Positions 20,184 to 29,338 of a stretch of DNA of 64,000 nt are shown in pieces; position 1 is the stretch's first letter; each line of letters starts with the position of its first letter. The notes beneath the pieces are model-generated. The model saw only the letters and a list, made by a program, of their open reading frames with translations. It did no database searches and was not told the origin of the DNA. Made by a program: the position numbers and the translations under genes. Origin of the DNA: Alphaproteobacteria bacterium (lineage in GTDB: Bacteria; Pseudomonadota; Alphaproteobacteria; JASGCL01); the NCBI GenBank assembly GCA_965262775.1, contig CBDHFT010000006.1, positions 179,883-243,882 on the forward strand. The letters run 5' to 3'.

Positions 20184-22013
20184 TTAATCCTCCCGCCTCA
20201 ACCAATGATGTTTTGCCAACCAAATGGATATCATGCTTACCAAAATAATAAGCAAGCCAGGTAAGGCCGCCATTTTTATACGCTCATCACTGACGAAGGT
20301 GAAGAGCCTTAAAGATAAAGTTTCCACGCCAAACGGCCGCAGCACCAGGGTGATGGGCAGTTCCTTGATAATTTCGATGAAGGCAATAAGAAAACCAGAA
20401 AACAAGGCGGGGCGCAGCAGCGGCAGGTGAACAAACCCCAAAACCCCGCCGATGGCCTTGGCCGACCAATTTTTTATTTTTTTCTTGCCGTTATATTTTT
20501 TCGCCATGGGCAGAGAGTTCGTTAAATGAGTATAAGAATTTTTACGCGCGGCATGGCCAAGAAAATTACCAAAAAAAGCAATGGGCGTTTCGCCCAACAC
20601 CCGCGCCGCATGGTCGATGTTGAGGCTGATGGCGCGATAACCCGCGCTGATGGCGCCAAAACAACTGGCTGAAAATTTTGCCAAATAACCATAAAATAAT
20701 AAACTAAGCATGGCGATGTTATAATAGGTAGCATTTTGCGAAGCGTCATCTGCTTGAGAAAAGAAGCCCCTTACCAATGCAAAGCCAAGGATTAACATTC
20801 CCAACCCCAGCACCACCCCAGGCATGGCGTAACCAATCACCAACGGCAACCGCAGCAGCGGCATATGCCATTGCCGTTCGGCAAAACCGATGATAAGCGA
20901 AAAAAATAAAATACTTAGCCCCGCAACAGTGGCAAAACCAAAAGTAGTCAGCAGGGCGGGCAGGGTGTCGGTGATATTGGCAAGCCAGTCTTGTAAATAA
21001 TTGGTGGCGCTCATTTGCAAGCCATGCCACAGTGGCGCGATGAACCAAGATAACAAAGATAGGAATGGCAAACCAATCGCGAAAAATAATAATATACCCA
21101 AGCAAGTTAGTAAGGCAATATTGCCCATCCTTGATAAGGGTTCGGGGCGATGATAACTTGCGCCGCGCCCCGTTGTTAGGGTGCTTTTCCGTTGCAGTCG
21201 CCACCCCATCAGATGGAAATTTTGGATGATGTAGTCGAAGATTAAAAATAACGATACCAACAGCAGAATGATAAAACAAAAATAACGAGCATAATTGATT
21301 TGCCCCAAATTAAGCCACAGGTCAAACATACCCATCGACAGGGTTTTGACCGCAAAAAAATTCATCGCGCCGTAATCGGCCATGACCTCCAACCCCACCA
21401 AAATAAAACCCGCCATCATTTGCGGCAACATCAGCGGTAAAAATAAACGCCAGAAGCAACTGGACAGTGGAAACCCCAGCACCCGTGCCATTTCAAGGTT
21501 GCGGGTTACATGAAGCGAAGATGACAAAAAGGAGCGTGCCAACAAATAAACATAGGGGTAAAAGCAAAGCGATAAAACCACCGCGGCCAATCGCCAATCG
21601 CGCGGATTAAAAAAACCTAACCAGTTGTAAAGCCATTGCCCCAATATTCCATTGGGTGATAATTGTTCGACATAAACCATGGCAACGATATAAGGCGGCG
21701 TGGCAAAGGGCATCAGCACCAGCCAGGATAATATTTTTTTCCCTGGAAAAGAAAAAAATTCAAAAAACCAAGCCAAGCCCATGCCAATGATAACCGCCAG
21801 GCCGCCCGTTGCCAGCACCATTTTGCAGGTGGTGAGGAAGTAAGGCAGAATAATCGCGGCATCGATATTAACCAGCAGGTCGTCATGCTGGGGTTGGTTT
21901 GCGCCACCCGCAAGCAATAAAAAAAATAACGGCAGAAGTGGTAAAAAACTTAGGAGTAATAATGCAAATTTGGTGGGAATAATGCGGCTGGCAGGGGGAG
22001 ATGACTTTTTCAT
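20184..22013 (-). CDS. fbpB: Ferric-iron ABC transporter permease with duplicated transmembrane domains
   Basis: 609 aa with about 12 TMs in two repeated ABC-TM1-family modules, each carrying an EAA-like loop. It is adjacent and co-directional with fbpC, overlapping its end. Confidence 0.8.
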   Translation of the reverse strand: MKKSSPPASRIIPTKFALLLLSFLPLLPLFFLLLAGGANQPQHDDLLVNIDAAIILPYFLTTCKMVLATGGLAVIIGMGLAWFFEFFSFPGKKILSWLVLMPFATPPYIVAMVYVEQLSPNGILGQWLYNWLGFFNPRDWRLAAVVLSLCFYPYVYLLARSFLSSSLHVTRNLEMARVLGFPLSSCFWRLFLPLMLPQMMAGFILVGLEVMADYGAMNFFAVKTLSMGMFDLWLNLGQINYARYFCFIILLLVSLFLIFDYIIQNFHLMGWRLQRKSTLTTGRGASYHRPEPLSRMGNIALLTCLGILLFFAIGLPFLSLLSWFIAPLWHGLQMSATNYLQDWLANITDTLPALLTTFGFATVAGLSILFFSLIIGFAERQWHMPLLRLPLVIGYAMPGVVLGLGMLILGFALVRGFFSQADDASQNATYYNIAMLSLLFYGYLAKFSASCFGAISAGYRAISLNIDHAARVLGETPIAFFGNFLGHAARKNSYTHLTNSLPMAKKYNGKKKIKNWSAKAIGGVLGFVHLPLLRPALFSGFLIAFIEIIKELPITLVLRPFGVETLSLRLFTFVSDERIKMAALPGLLIILVSMISIWLAKHHWLRRED

Positions 22014-22126
22014 GATGGTCGGTATTTTCCACCATAGACAGATTCTTAACCAAAATAAATATATTCTTGTGGTTGACCCAGGGGGCGGTCTCGCGCTTCG
22101 TCCTACAGACGGTTAACGTGAGATGA

Positions 22127-22690
22127 TTATTTTACAATAACTTTTCCCTTCATACCATGTTCTTCGTGCCCAGGTATAAGACATATTATCATAACTTCGC
22201 CCGCTTCAATGAAATGCCAATAGAGGTTAGCCGTTTTGCCAGGTTCTATTTCTACCTCAAAGCCTTCGGGATTTTCCTCTTCCTCGCCGTCGGCTATTTC
22301 TTCTTTGGCATAATCAAGGGTGGCCTTGTCGCCAATGACAAATTCATGCTTGATGCTGGTTTCATTTTTGACAACAAAATTGATTACTTCGTTCTTTTTT
22401 ACCTTCACCACATTGGGCACGAATTTGTATGTGCCAGCGTGGATGGTTATCACCACTTCGCGGGCTGTTTTGGCTTCGGGGCTTTTTTTATCAACGGGCG
22501 CGCCAAAATCATAACGAGTCGTCCAATTGGGAACATGGGGGTGTTCGGCCGCGCTCTTAGCAGCGTCCAGATTTTTTTTAGATTCAGCATAGGTTGAGGC
22601 CACAGCATGCTCGGCGAAGGGTAGGTAAGTTTGCAAGGGGCTTGTTGATAGAATAACCCCCAGCAAACCAATCACAAAATTGTTTTTCAT
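22127..22690 (-). CDS. Periplasmic cupredoxin (type-1 blue-copper, plastocyanin/pseudoazurin-like) embedded in the fbp operon
   Basis: Signal peptide. C-terminal copper-ligand loop C-L-I-P-G-H-E-E-H-G-M (Cys..His..Met) plus an upstream His (KHEFVIGD). Beta-sandwich spacing typical of cupredoxins. Confidence 0.7.
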   Translation of the reverse strand: MKNNFVIGLLGVILSTSPLQTYLPFAEHAVASTYAESKKNLDAAKSAAEHPHVPNWTTRYDFGAPVDKKSPEAKTAREVVITIHAGTYKFVPNVVKVKKNEVINFVVKNETSIKHEFVIGDKATLDYAKEEIADGEEEENPEGFEVEIEPGKTANLYWHFIEAGEVMIICLIPGHEEHGMKGKVIVK

Positions 22691-22702
22691 TATTTAATAT
22701 TT

Positions 22703-23785
22703 TTATTTGTCATTAAAATTAACCGACAGCAAAGCTTTAATCACAAGCGGATAAAACTTGTAGGCTTCGACCATAGCTTTGTCATCGCTGGTAAATTTTT
22801 TACCATTGAGGGAGATAAGATTTTTTTGCCAATGGGCCGCAGGCGACACAGGATATTCATTGTTTTTTGTCATGAAATATTCTTGCGATGAGGGCGTTAA
22901 CAAAAATTGGGCAAGTTGTTCGGCCTGTTTCTTGCGTTTGCTATTTTTCATGATAGCAACGCCCGATATATTGGTGGCGACACCTTCACCAATTTTATTA
23001 CCAACCAACGATACCAAACGTGGTGTGGCTTTGGTTTCAAGGTCAGGAACCTCTTTCTTCAACAAACCATAATAATAGCTATTGACGACGGCAATTTTAC
23101 ACTGACCGCTATACACCAATTTTATTTGGTCGCGGTCAACCCCGCCTGGTTTTTGCACCAAGTTGGATTTTAATTTTTTAAGATAATCCTTCATTTGCGA
23201 ATCATTCATGTAAACATGCAAGCCCGAAAATAATCCTAAATTGTAAGGATGAAGACCATCGCGCATACAAATTTGACCGCGCCATTTGGGGTCGGCCAAT
23301 TGCTTCATGTTGACTATTTCTTCGGCGGGGGAATTCTTGGCTATAACAATAATCCGCGCGCGATAGGAAACGCTGGTCCAGAGGTTATCGCTATCAACAA
23401 AATTTTTCGGAATGCTCTTGGTAACCGATGCGGGAATGGGATTATTAAACCCAGCGTCCTTTAGCTGTTGCACCATGGCAATATTTTGGGTGATAACAAT
23501 ATCGGCGGGGCTGTTGGCACCTTCTTGCTTGATACGTTCGACCAAGCTGTCGCCACCATAATAAGTGCGGACATTAACTTTATTTTTTTTCGCAAATTCG
23601 GCGAGCAGGGGTTTCAGCAAATCTTCCTTACGGTTGGTGTATACCACCAGATCATTATCACCGTGGTCATGCCCCGCATGGGCATGGGCGGTTTGGGTGG
23701 TTGGTAGCAAGGACGCTAAAACTGGCAGCAGCAAACCACCTAATAAACAACGTTGTAATTTTTTATGATTGAATTTTTTTGACAT
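22703..23785 (-). CDS. fbpA: Fe3+ ABC transporter periplasmic substrate-binding protein (FbpA/AfuA-like) with a His-rich N-terminal tag
   Basis: Signal peptide, then HAHAGHDHGD. Type II solute-binding fold similarity to ferric-binding proteins (LVVYT, IVITQN, PKNF.D.DN.W). It is the first gene of the fbpA-cupredoxin-fbpB-fbpC operon. Confidence 0.75.
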   Translation of the reverse strand: MSKKFNHKKLQRCLLGGLLLPVLASLLPTTQTAHAHAGHDHGDNDLVVYTNRKEDLLKPLLAEFAKKNKVNVRTYYGGDSLVERIKQEGANSPADIVITQNIAMVQQLKDAGFNNPIPASVTKSIPKNFVDSDNLWTSVSYRARIIVIAKNSPAEEIVNMKQLADPKWRGQICMRDGLHPYNLGLFSGLHVYMNDSQMKDYLKKLKSNLVQKPGGVDRDQIKLVYSGQCKIAVVNSYYYGLLKKEVPDLETKATPRLVSLVGNKIGEGVATNISGVAIMKNSKRKKQAEQLAQFLLTPSSQEYFMTKNNEYPVSPAAHWQKNLISLNGKKFTSDDKAMVEAYKFYPLVIKALLSVNFNDK

Positions 23786-23921
23786 GATTTTTTTTAACAG
23801 TGTTTATAGGAAGCCCCTTTATTTATATAGTAGTAATACAATACTATATAAAAATTGTCAATTATCATATAAAGACAAAACAGATATTTTGTAATCATGG
23901 CGATGAATGATTTTTAAAATA

Positions 23922-23950
23922 AGCGGATGAGTCGAAAAGACCCATCCGCT
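23922..23950 (-). terminator. Rho-independent terminator candidate downstream of the trans-sulfuration gene
   Basis: On the minus strand, AAGCGGAUGGGUCUUUUCGACUCAUCCGCUU is followed by AUUUUAAAAAUCAU. The stem is 9 bp and lies about 200 nt past the stop. Confidence 0.4.
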
Positions 23951-24150
23951 TTATCCGTTTGCCCGACCTGATATTAGGAGAGAAGAGGTATCGGGGCAAA
24001 GGAATCTTGAGATAAATTCGCTTGCCTGCTGCGGCCTCTATGATTATTCAATATTTATGCCAGCTGCGGGGACAGATATTGTGCCAGCTGCCGGCTTAGG
24101 CAAGACCATGGCATGGCACCAGCGTGATTTTTAATGAAGGCAAGGAGGGG

Positions 24151-25308
24151 TTAAGCTAAGGCCTGTTCCCAATCACGAATAAGATCCTCGTGATTTTCTA
24201 AACCCGTGGAGAAACGGATAAGGTCGGGCGGCACGGTGGAACCTTCCCCCTCGACCGTATACCGATGTTCGGCCAAGGATTCGGGGCCACCGAGCGAGGT
24301 TGCGCGGCGTATCATTTTTAAATTGCGCACCACTTTCAATGCTTCGGCTGCACCGCCGTTCACATGGATCCCCATCAACCCACCAAATCCACCGTGCATT
24401 TGTTTTTGTGCCACGGCATAATTGGGGTGGCGGGGTTGGCTGGCGTGCCTAATCAATGATATTTTTTTATGCTGGCTTAAGAAATCGGCAACCTGTGCCG
24501 CATTATCCGAATGTTTTTTAACCCGCAGGAATAATGTTTTCAGGCTGCGGGTTAATAAAAAACTGCTGAAGGAATCAAGCACCCAACCAAATAAAAATCG
24601 TTGGTCTTTTATACGCAACCATTGTTCGGTTTCGGCCTTGCTGGTCACCGTGCCCGCCAGCAAGTCATTATGCCCACCCAGAAATTTGGTTGCCGAATGC
24701 ACCACGTAATCGGCACCCAGATCCAGCGGGCGGGTTAGGATGGGCGTTGCCGCCGTGCTGTCGACGCATAATTTTGCCCCAACCGCCTGGCAATGTTGCG
24801 CGGCCTTGGCAATATCAACAATATGATTCATGGGGTTCGATGGAACCTCGACCCATACCAAAGCTGGCTTATGTTGTTTGATGGCTGATGCCAAGGCTTC
24901 GTCGTCGCCACTTTTAACCCATATGACTTCGATACCATAACGGTTGAGGTGTTGCGTCGCCAATTTGGGCAGGCCATAATAAAGCGAATCCTGGACCAAG
25001 CATTTGTCGCCTTGCGACAGGGCAAGGAAGATGGCACTCATCGCGGCGGCACCCGAAGGATAAAGCAATGTTTCAAAGCCCCCTTCCAAATGGTTGAGCA
25101 TGGCAGAACATTGGTCAAGGCTGGCATTGTCATCGCGCACATAGCCACGCTCGTCATGTTTTTCATATTGATCATTACGGAGGTAGGTTGTGCCCGTGTA
25201 GATAGGCGGGTGGATATTCCGCGTTTTTTCGTCATAAAAATATAACCCTTGGACAATTTCGCTTTCCAAAGATAAACCAGCGGGGCGGGGGGGTAATTTA
25301 CGGGGCAT
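24151..25308 (-). CDS. PLP-dependent trans-sulfuration enzyme (cystathionine gamma-synthase / beta-lyase / O-succinylhomoserine sulfhydrylase family)
   Basis: Cys/Met-metabolism PLP family. SATKFLGGHNDLLAG carries the PLP lysine in the SxTK context. Overall collinearity with MetB/MetC/MetZ. Confidence 0.8.
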   Translation of the reverse strand: MPRKLPPRPAGLSLESEIVQGLYFYDEKTRNIHPPIYTGTTYLRNDQYEKHDERGYVRDDNASLDQCSAMLNHLEGGFETLLYPSGAAAMSAIFLALSQGDKCLVQDSLYYGLPKLATQHLNRYGIEVIWVKSGDDEALASAIKQHKPALVWVEVPSNPMNHIVDIAKAAQHCQAVGAKLCVDSTAATPILTRPLDLGADYVVHSATKFLGGHNDLLAGTVTSKAETEQWLRIKDQRFLFGWVLDSFSSFLLTRSLKTLFLRVKKHSDNAAQVADFLSQHKKISLIRHASQPRHPNYAVAQKQMHGGFGGLMGIHVNGGAAEALKVVRNLKMIRRATSLGGPESLAEHRYTVEGEGSTVPPDLIRFSTGLENHEDLIRDWEQALA

Positions 25309-25399
25309 GTTGCAAACGTGATAAAAACTATAGGTAAACTTGTATCAATTTTTTTTTCAAAAAACAATTGACAAGTTGCTTAACGGCGGGATTATTTTT

Positions 25400-26602
25400 T
25401 TATAGGTATTTGATTAATTCTTGGGCGGCGCGGGTCGCGGGGTTGGGGATGCTGCGTAGTTCCTTTAAAGCCTTATCATATTTCTTTTTCATGCCAGCCC
25501 TGCCGATATGAAATTGCTCGGCGGCATGGTTGATAAGATTGACCACGGTGGCATCCTCCTGGATTAGCTCGGGCACAATAATTTGCCCCGCCAGCAAATT
25601 GGGAAGGCAAACATTTTTTATTTTTATTAACTTGCGAACGATAAATATTGTCAGCGGGCTGGCGCGGTAAAAAGCAACCGCGGGGGCACCGCACAAGGCA
25701 GCCTCCAACGTCGTGGTGCCCATGCAACATAGGGCAAGGTCGGTTGATAAAAAATACTGCCATTTCTTTTTGTAATCACTGACAACGCTGATATTGGGGA
25801 CAAATTGGGAATCAGCGCGGCGAATTTTTTCTATCGCCTTTTTGATGGTCGACACCAAATGGGGCTGGGTATAAAAAATATAATGGGTGTCGGTGGGCAA
25901 GAATTTATTCTGGCTAATAAATTGCGACAAGAGCGGTAGGCTGTGGTTGACTTCACGCACCCTGGACCCCGCCAACAATAATATTTGCGGTGGTTTGTTT
26001 TTCTGCGGGGTGTGGGTTTTCTTGGCCGCGGCAACCTCCGCCACCAGCGGATGCCCCATATAAAAGGTTTTTAATTTGGTGTCAGAAAAATAACGCGATT
26101 CAAAAGGATAAAGGCAAAATAGCGCGTCAAATATTTTGGCATATAAAAAACGCCGTTTTGGTCGCCATGCCCAAATGGTCGGGGCGACAAGGTGGATCCT
26201 GGGGAAGGGTTCTTTCCTTAAAGCCCAAGCAACGCGTTTGCTGAAATCGGGTATGTCGATGGTGATAAGCATGTCGGGCTTTTCGCGCCTTAAAAACATA
26301 ATGGTTTTGATAATCAAATAGATAATTTCGCCCAAATGCGGCAGCAATTCCACCAAACCCATTCTGGCAATTTTTTCCATGGGGAATAACGATGCCAAGC
26401 CCGCGGCGGTCATTTTCCTGCCGCCAACGCCGACAAATTTTATGGTGGCGCGTGGATATTTTTTTGCCCAAGTTGCCCTGATGGCGGTCATCATGGCGCC
26501 GCCCAAATCATCGCCCGATGGCTCGCCCGCCAAGATGGCAATTTTAATATTCCCGCTTTTTATTCTGTCCATATTTATGTTGGTTGTTATTGCGCATGGC
26601 AC
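25400..26602 (-). CDS. lpxB: Lipid-A-disaccharide synthase
   Basis: IAILAGEPSGD N-terminus and GT-B fold. The probable true start is the internal Met giving MDRIKSG (at 26572). Confidence 0.85.
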   Translation of the reverse strand: MPCAITTNINMDRIKSGNIKIAILAGEPSGDDLGGAMMTAIRATWAKKYPRATIKFVGVGGRKMTAAGLASLFPMEKIARMGLVELLPHLGEIIYLIIKTIMFLRREKPDMLITIDIPDFSKRVAWALRKEPFPRIHLVAPTIWAWRPKRRFLYAKIFDALFCLYPFESRYFSDTKLKTFYMGHPLVAEVAAAKKTHTPQKNKPPQILLLAGSRVREVNHSLPLLSQFISQNKFLPTDTHYIFYTQPHLVSTIKKAIEKIRRADSQFVPNISVVSDYKKKWQYFLSTDLALCCMGTTTLEAALCGAPAVAFYRASPLTIFIVRKLIKIKNVCLPNLLAGQIIVPELIQEDATVVNLINHAAEQFHIGRAGMKKKYDKALKELRSIPNPATRAAQELIKYL

Positions 26603-26659
26603 GTTGGTTAAGAATAAAAACTATTGGCGTAACTTGCAAGCGATGATTTGATAAAATAA

Positions 26660-27045
26660 AAAAAGAAGGGTTTCTGTTGCTGGGAAACCCTTCAAGACCC
26701 CACCTATCGGGTATGAGCCGACAGGAATTCTGAGATGCACTCTTAAGCCACTCTAGGCAGCAAGAGCAACACCCCTTTCATTGTCATTGGCATTTATAGC
26801 CTTTGAAGCTCTCTTAACCCCTTTATTATAAATAATATCAAGGCGGCGAACTTAATACCGAACGCAAATCATAACCTTTATCACGCCTGTCTAGCCTGTT
26901 TCACCCCCATAATTTTACCCTGTCACTTTGATTTTTTAAGTAAGCCCACAAGTTTTTTTTATGGTGGAGGTGCCGAGTACTGCCCTCGGGTCCAGAACGT
27001 CTATGCCGTTTGATTTGATAGCGTCATAGTCCTGCCAAAGCAGAA
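26660..27045 (-). ncRNA. ssrA: Two-piece (circularly permuted) tmRNA gene ssrA: acceptor piece, spacer, then coding piece encoding tag ANDNERGVALAA
   Basis: Read on the minus strand. The acceptor piece ends ...CUCGGCACCUCCACCA (CCA at plus 26963-26965). The coding piece begins GGGGGUGAAACAGGCUAGACAGG (plus 26908 downward), compare E. coli GGGGCUGAUUCUGGAUUCGACGGG. GGGGGUG pairs with CACCUCC, giving a G3-U70 alanine identity pair. The tag reading frame is GCC AAU GAC AAU GAA AGG GGU GUU GCU CUU GCU GCC UAG, giving ANDNERGVALAA (plus 26753-26791). A 9-bp stem plus U-tract terminator lies at 26664-26691. Upstream promoter is TTGACA-17-TATATC. There is no ORF of 60 aa or longer in this 480-bp gap. 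Confidence 0.85.
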
Positions 27046-27053
27046 CAATATAT

Positions 27054-27082
27054 GATATACTACGCCATGAAAAAAATGTCAA
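27054..27082 (-). promoter_or_regulatory. Sigma70-type promoter of ssrA (TTGACA, 17-bp spacer, TATATC) on the minus strand
   Basis: The minus strand reads TTGACAtttttttcatggcgtagTATATCatatattg. -35 lies at plus 27077-27082. Confidence 0.5.
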
Positions 27083-27133
27083 TCTGCGCCCCATAACCAC
27101 TTCGCCGCTTAACCAGCCTGTTTATCATCAACC

Positions 27134-29299
27134 ATGCGCCCCGCGATTTTAAATTCGTTATTTCAACCACTATCCAACCTACATGGTTTGGGTCCTAAAT
27201 TTGCATCCCTGCTAACAGGGTTAGCAGGCAACAGGGTCATCGACATGCTTGGTAAATTGTTGCCGCAAAAAATTGTCGAAAGAAAAATAATAAAAAACCT
27301 GTCCGAACTTAACCCGCAATTGATTGGTTGCCATGTGATAGTGCAGGGTAAAATAACCAGCCACGTGCCGCCAGAAAATAGTTTCAAAAAAAATAGACCC
27401 TATAAAATATACCTGGCCGATGGCACGCGCGCCATCACCCTAACATTTTTTTTACAGCAAGGGGCATGGTTAAAAAAACAATATCCCCCTGGGGCCGAGA
27501 TGGCCATCAGCGGCATATTGAATCAATTCCAAGGCGAATGGCAGATCACCCACCCCGAGGCCGCGGTGGCCGCGCCGCGCATTGTCGAGATTCCTTTGAT
27601 TGAAACTATTTATCCCAAAAGCCAAAACCTACCGCAAAAAGTTATCCAACGTTCCATGCGCGAGGCTATAAAATTGCTACCCGATTTACCCGAGTGGTTG
27701 CCGCAACCCGTGATGGATAAATATAAATTTCTTAGTTGGGGCGACGCTATTAAAAAAATTCATCAACCCCATCACCCCGATGATTTACGTTCCGATTCCC
27801 CCGCCCATATGCGCCTGGCGTTGGATGAAATTTTGGCATCGCAATTGGCAATAAAAAAATCGCGCGCCAGCCAGCAACCATTGGCGCAACCCCGCCAATG
27901 GATTTTGCCTGCCCCGCAATTATTTCCAACTGCAGACTTGCCTTTTAATTTAACCAGCAGTCAAGAGCAGGCTATCGAAGAGATAGAGCAAGACCTGGCT
28001 TCGCAGAAAAAAATGACAAGATTGTTGATGGGCGATGTCGGCAGTGGTAAAACCATCGTTGCCTTTTACAGCATGTTGCGCGCCGTGGAAAAATGTTTGA
28101 TAGAAAAAACACCCATGGTGCAAGTTGCTTTGTTGGCACCAACCGAAATTTTGGCGGAACAACATTTTCGCAATTTTGAACAATGGCTCGCGCCCATTAA
28201 AGAAAAATGGGGCATCAAATGTTTGTTGTTGACGGGGCGATTAAGCAAAAAAGAAAAAGAGGCAAGGCGCGAAGCCATCAGGGCAGGCGATTGCCATGTG
28301 GTGATAGGAACCCACGCCATTATTCAAGAAACCATCGGCTTTAAAAACCTAAGGCTGTTGGTCATCGACGAACAACAACGGTTTGGCGTCATGCAACGTT
28401 TATCATTGTATCAAAAATCATTTTCGGATGACGATACCCCGCCCCCCGATATATTGTTGATGACCGCGACACCCATTCCCCGCACGCTAAGTTTGTTGCA
28501 TTTTGGCGACCTTGACCTTTCGACCCTTAAAGAAAAACCAGCGGGTCGGCAAATTGTTGAAACCGCCATGGTCAATGAAGAAAGGTTAGCCGAGGTTATC
28601 GCAAGATTAAAAAAACAAATAGAGGCAGGCAGTTCAGTTTTTTGGGTTTGCCCATTGATAGAGGATAGCGAGGTGATGGATTTACCGTCGGCCGAGGCGC
28701 GTTATGAATTGGCAAAAAATTATTTTAACCACGACGAATTGGCTTTGATACATGGTCAGATGAAATCAAGCGATAAACAAAAAATTATTGATGATTTTAA
28801 ATCGGGCAAGGTTAAATTGTTGATAGCCACCACGGTGATAGAAAGCGGTATTGATATTCCCCGCGCCACCATTATTATCATCGACCATGCCGAACATTTT
28901 GGTTTGACGCAATTGCATCAATTACGCGGCCGCGTGGGGCGCGACCAAGTTTTTGATAAGGCGGGCGACAATAAGGCTTATTGTATTTTGTTATATCGCG
29001 CGCCGTTAAGCGATCTATCGCAAAAAAGATTGACGGCGATAAAAGAACATAACGATGGTTTTTATTTGGCAGAAAAGGATTTGGAATGGCGCGGCGGCGG
29101 GCAACGTTACGGGTTGCGCCAATCGGGGTTTGATGATTTTCACTTCTTCGATATTTTTTTTCATCAGGAATTATTGGCAACCGCCACGCAATGTGCCGAT
29201 AAAATATTAGCTGATAATTTGTTGGATGAAGAAAAATATCAAATATTACTCGCCCTGCATGATAAAGACCAATCAAGCCATTTGTTGAAGGCGGGTTAG
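27134..29299 (+). CDS. recG: ATP-dependent DNA helicase RecG
   Basis: N-terminal wedge domain, then SF2 helicase motifs: GDVGSGKT, LVIDEQQRFGV, TATPIPRTL, LLIATTVIESGIDIP and QLRGRVGR. Confidence 0.95.
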   Translation: MRPAILNSLFQPLSNLHGLGPKFASLLTGLAGNRVIDMLGKLLPQKIVERKIIKNLSELNPQLIGCHVIVQGKITSHVPPENSFKKNRPYKIYLADGTRAITLTFFLQQGAWLKKQYPPGAEMAISGILNQFQGEWQITHPEAAVAAPRIVEIPLIETIYPKSQNLPQKVIQRSMREAIKLLPDLPEWLPQPVMDKYKFLSWGDAIKKIHQPHHPDDLRSDSPAHMRLALDEILASQLAIKKSRASQQPLAQPRQWILPAPQLFPTADLPFNLTSSQEQAIEEIEQDLASQKKMTRLLMGDVGSGKTIVAFYSMLRAVEKCLIEKTPMVQVALLAPTEILAEQHFRNFEQWLAPIKEKWGIKCLLLTGRLSKKEKEARREAIRAGDCHVVIGTHAIIQETIGFKNLRLLVIDEQQRFGVMQRLSLYQKSFSDDDTPPPDILLMTATPIPRTLSLLHFGDLDLSTLKEKPAGRQIVETAMVNEERLAEVIARLKKQIEAGSSVFWVCPLIEDSEVMDLPSAEARYELAKNYFNHDELALIHGQMKSSDKQKIIDDFKSGKVKLLIATTVIESGIDIPRATIIIIDHAEHFGLTQLHQLRGRVGRDQVFDKAGDNKAYCILLYRAPLSDLSQKRLTAIKEHNDGFYLAEKDLEWRGGGQRYGLRQSGFDDFHFFDIFFHQELLATATQCADKILADNLLDEEKYQILLALHDKDQSSHLLKAG

Positions 29300-29338
29300 C
29301 AAACAACAAACTGGGGGCAAACCTCGCCCATCATGGTT

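Noticed and set aside
25309-25399. Possible SAM-II or other riboswitch in the leader of the trans-sulfuration gene
   Set aside because: I could not find the conserved SAM-II core or pseudoknot sequence. Only an imperfect dyad (CTTGTCAAT...ATTGATACAAG) is present. A covariance-model search would be needed to exclude it.
26379-26651. 90-aa plus-strand ORF at the lpxB 5' end
   Set aside because: Antisense to the conserved N-terminus of lpxB. The adjacent real signal in this gap is the minus-strand tmRNA.
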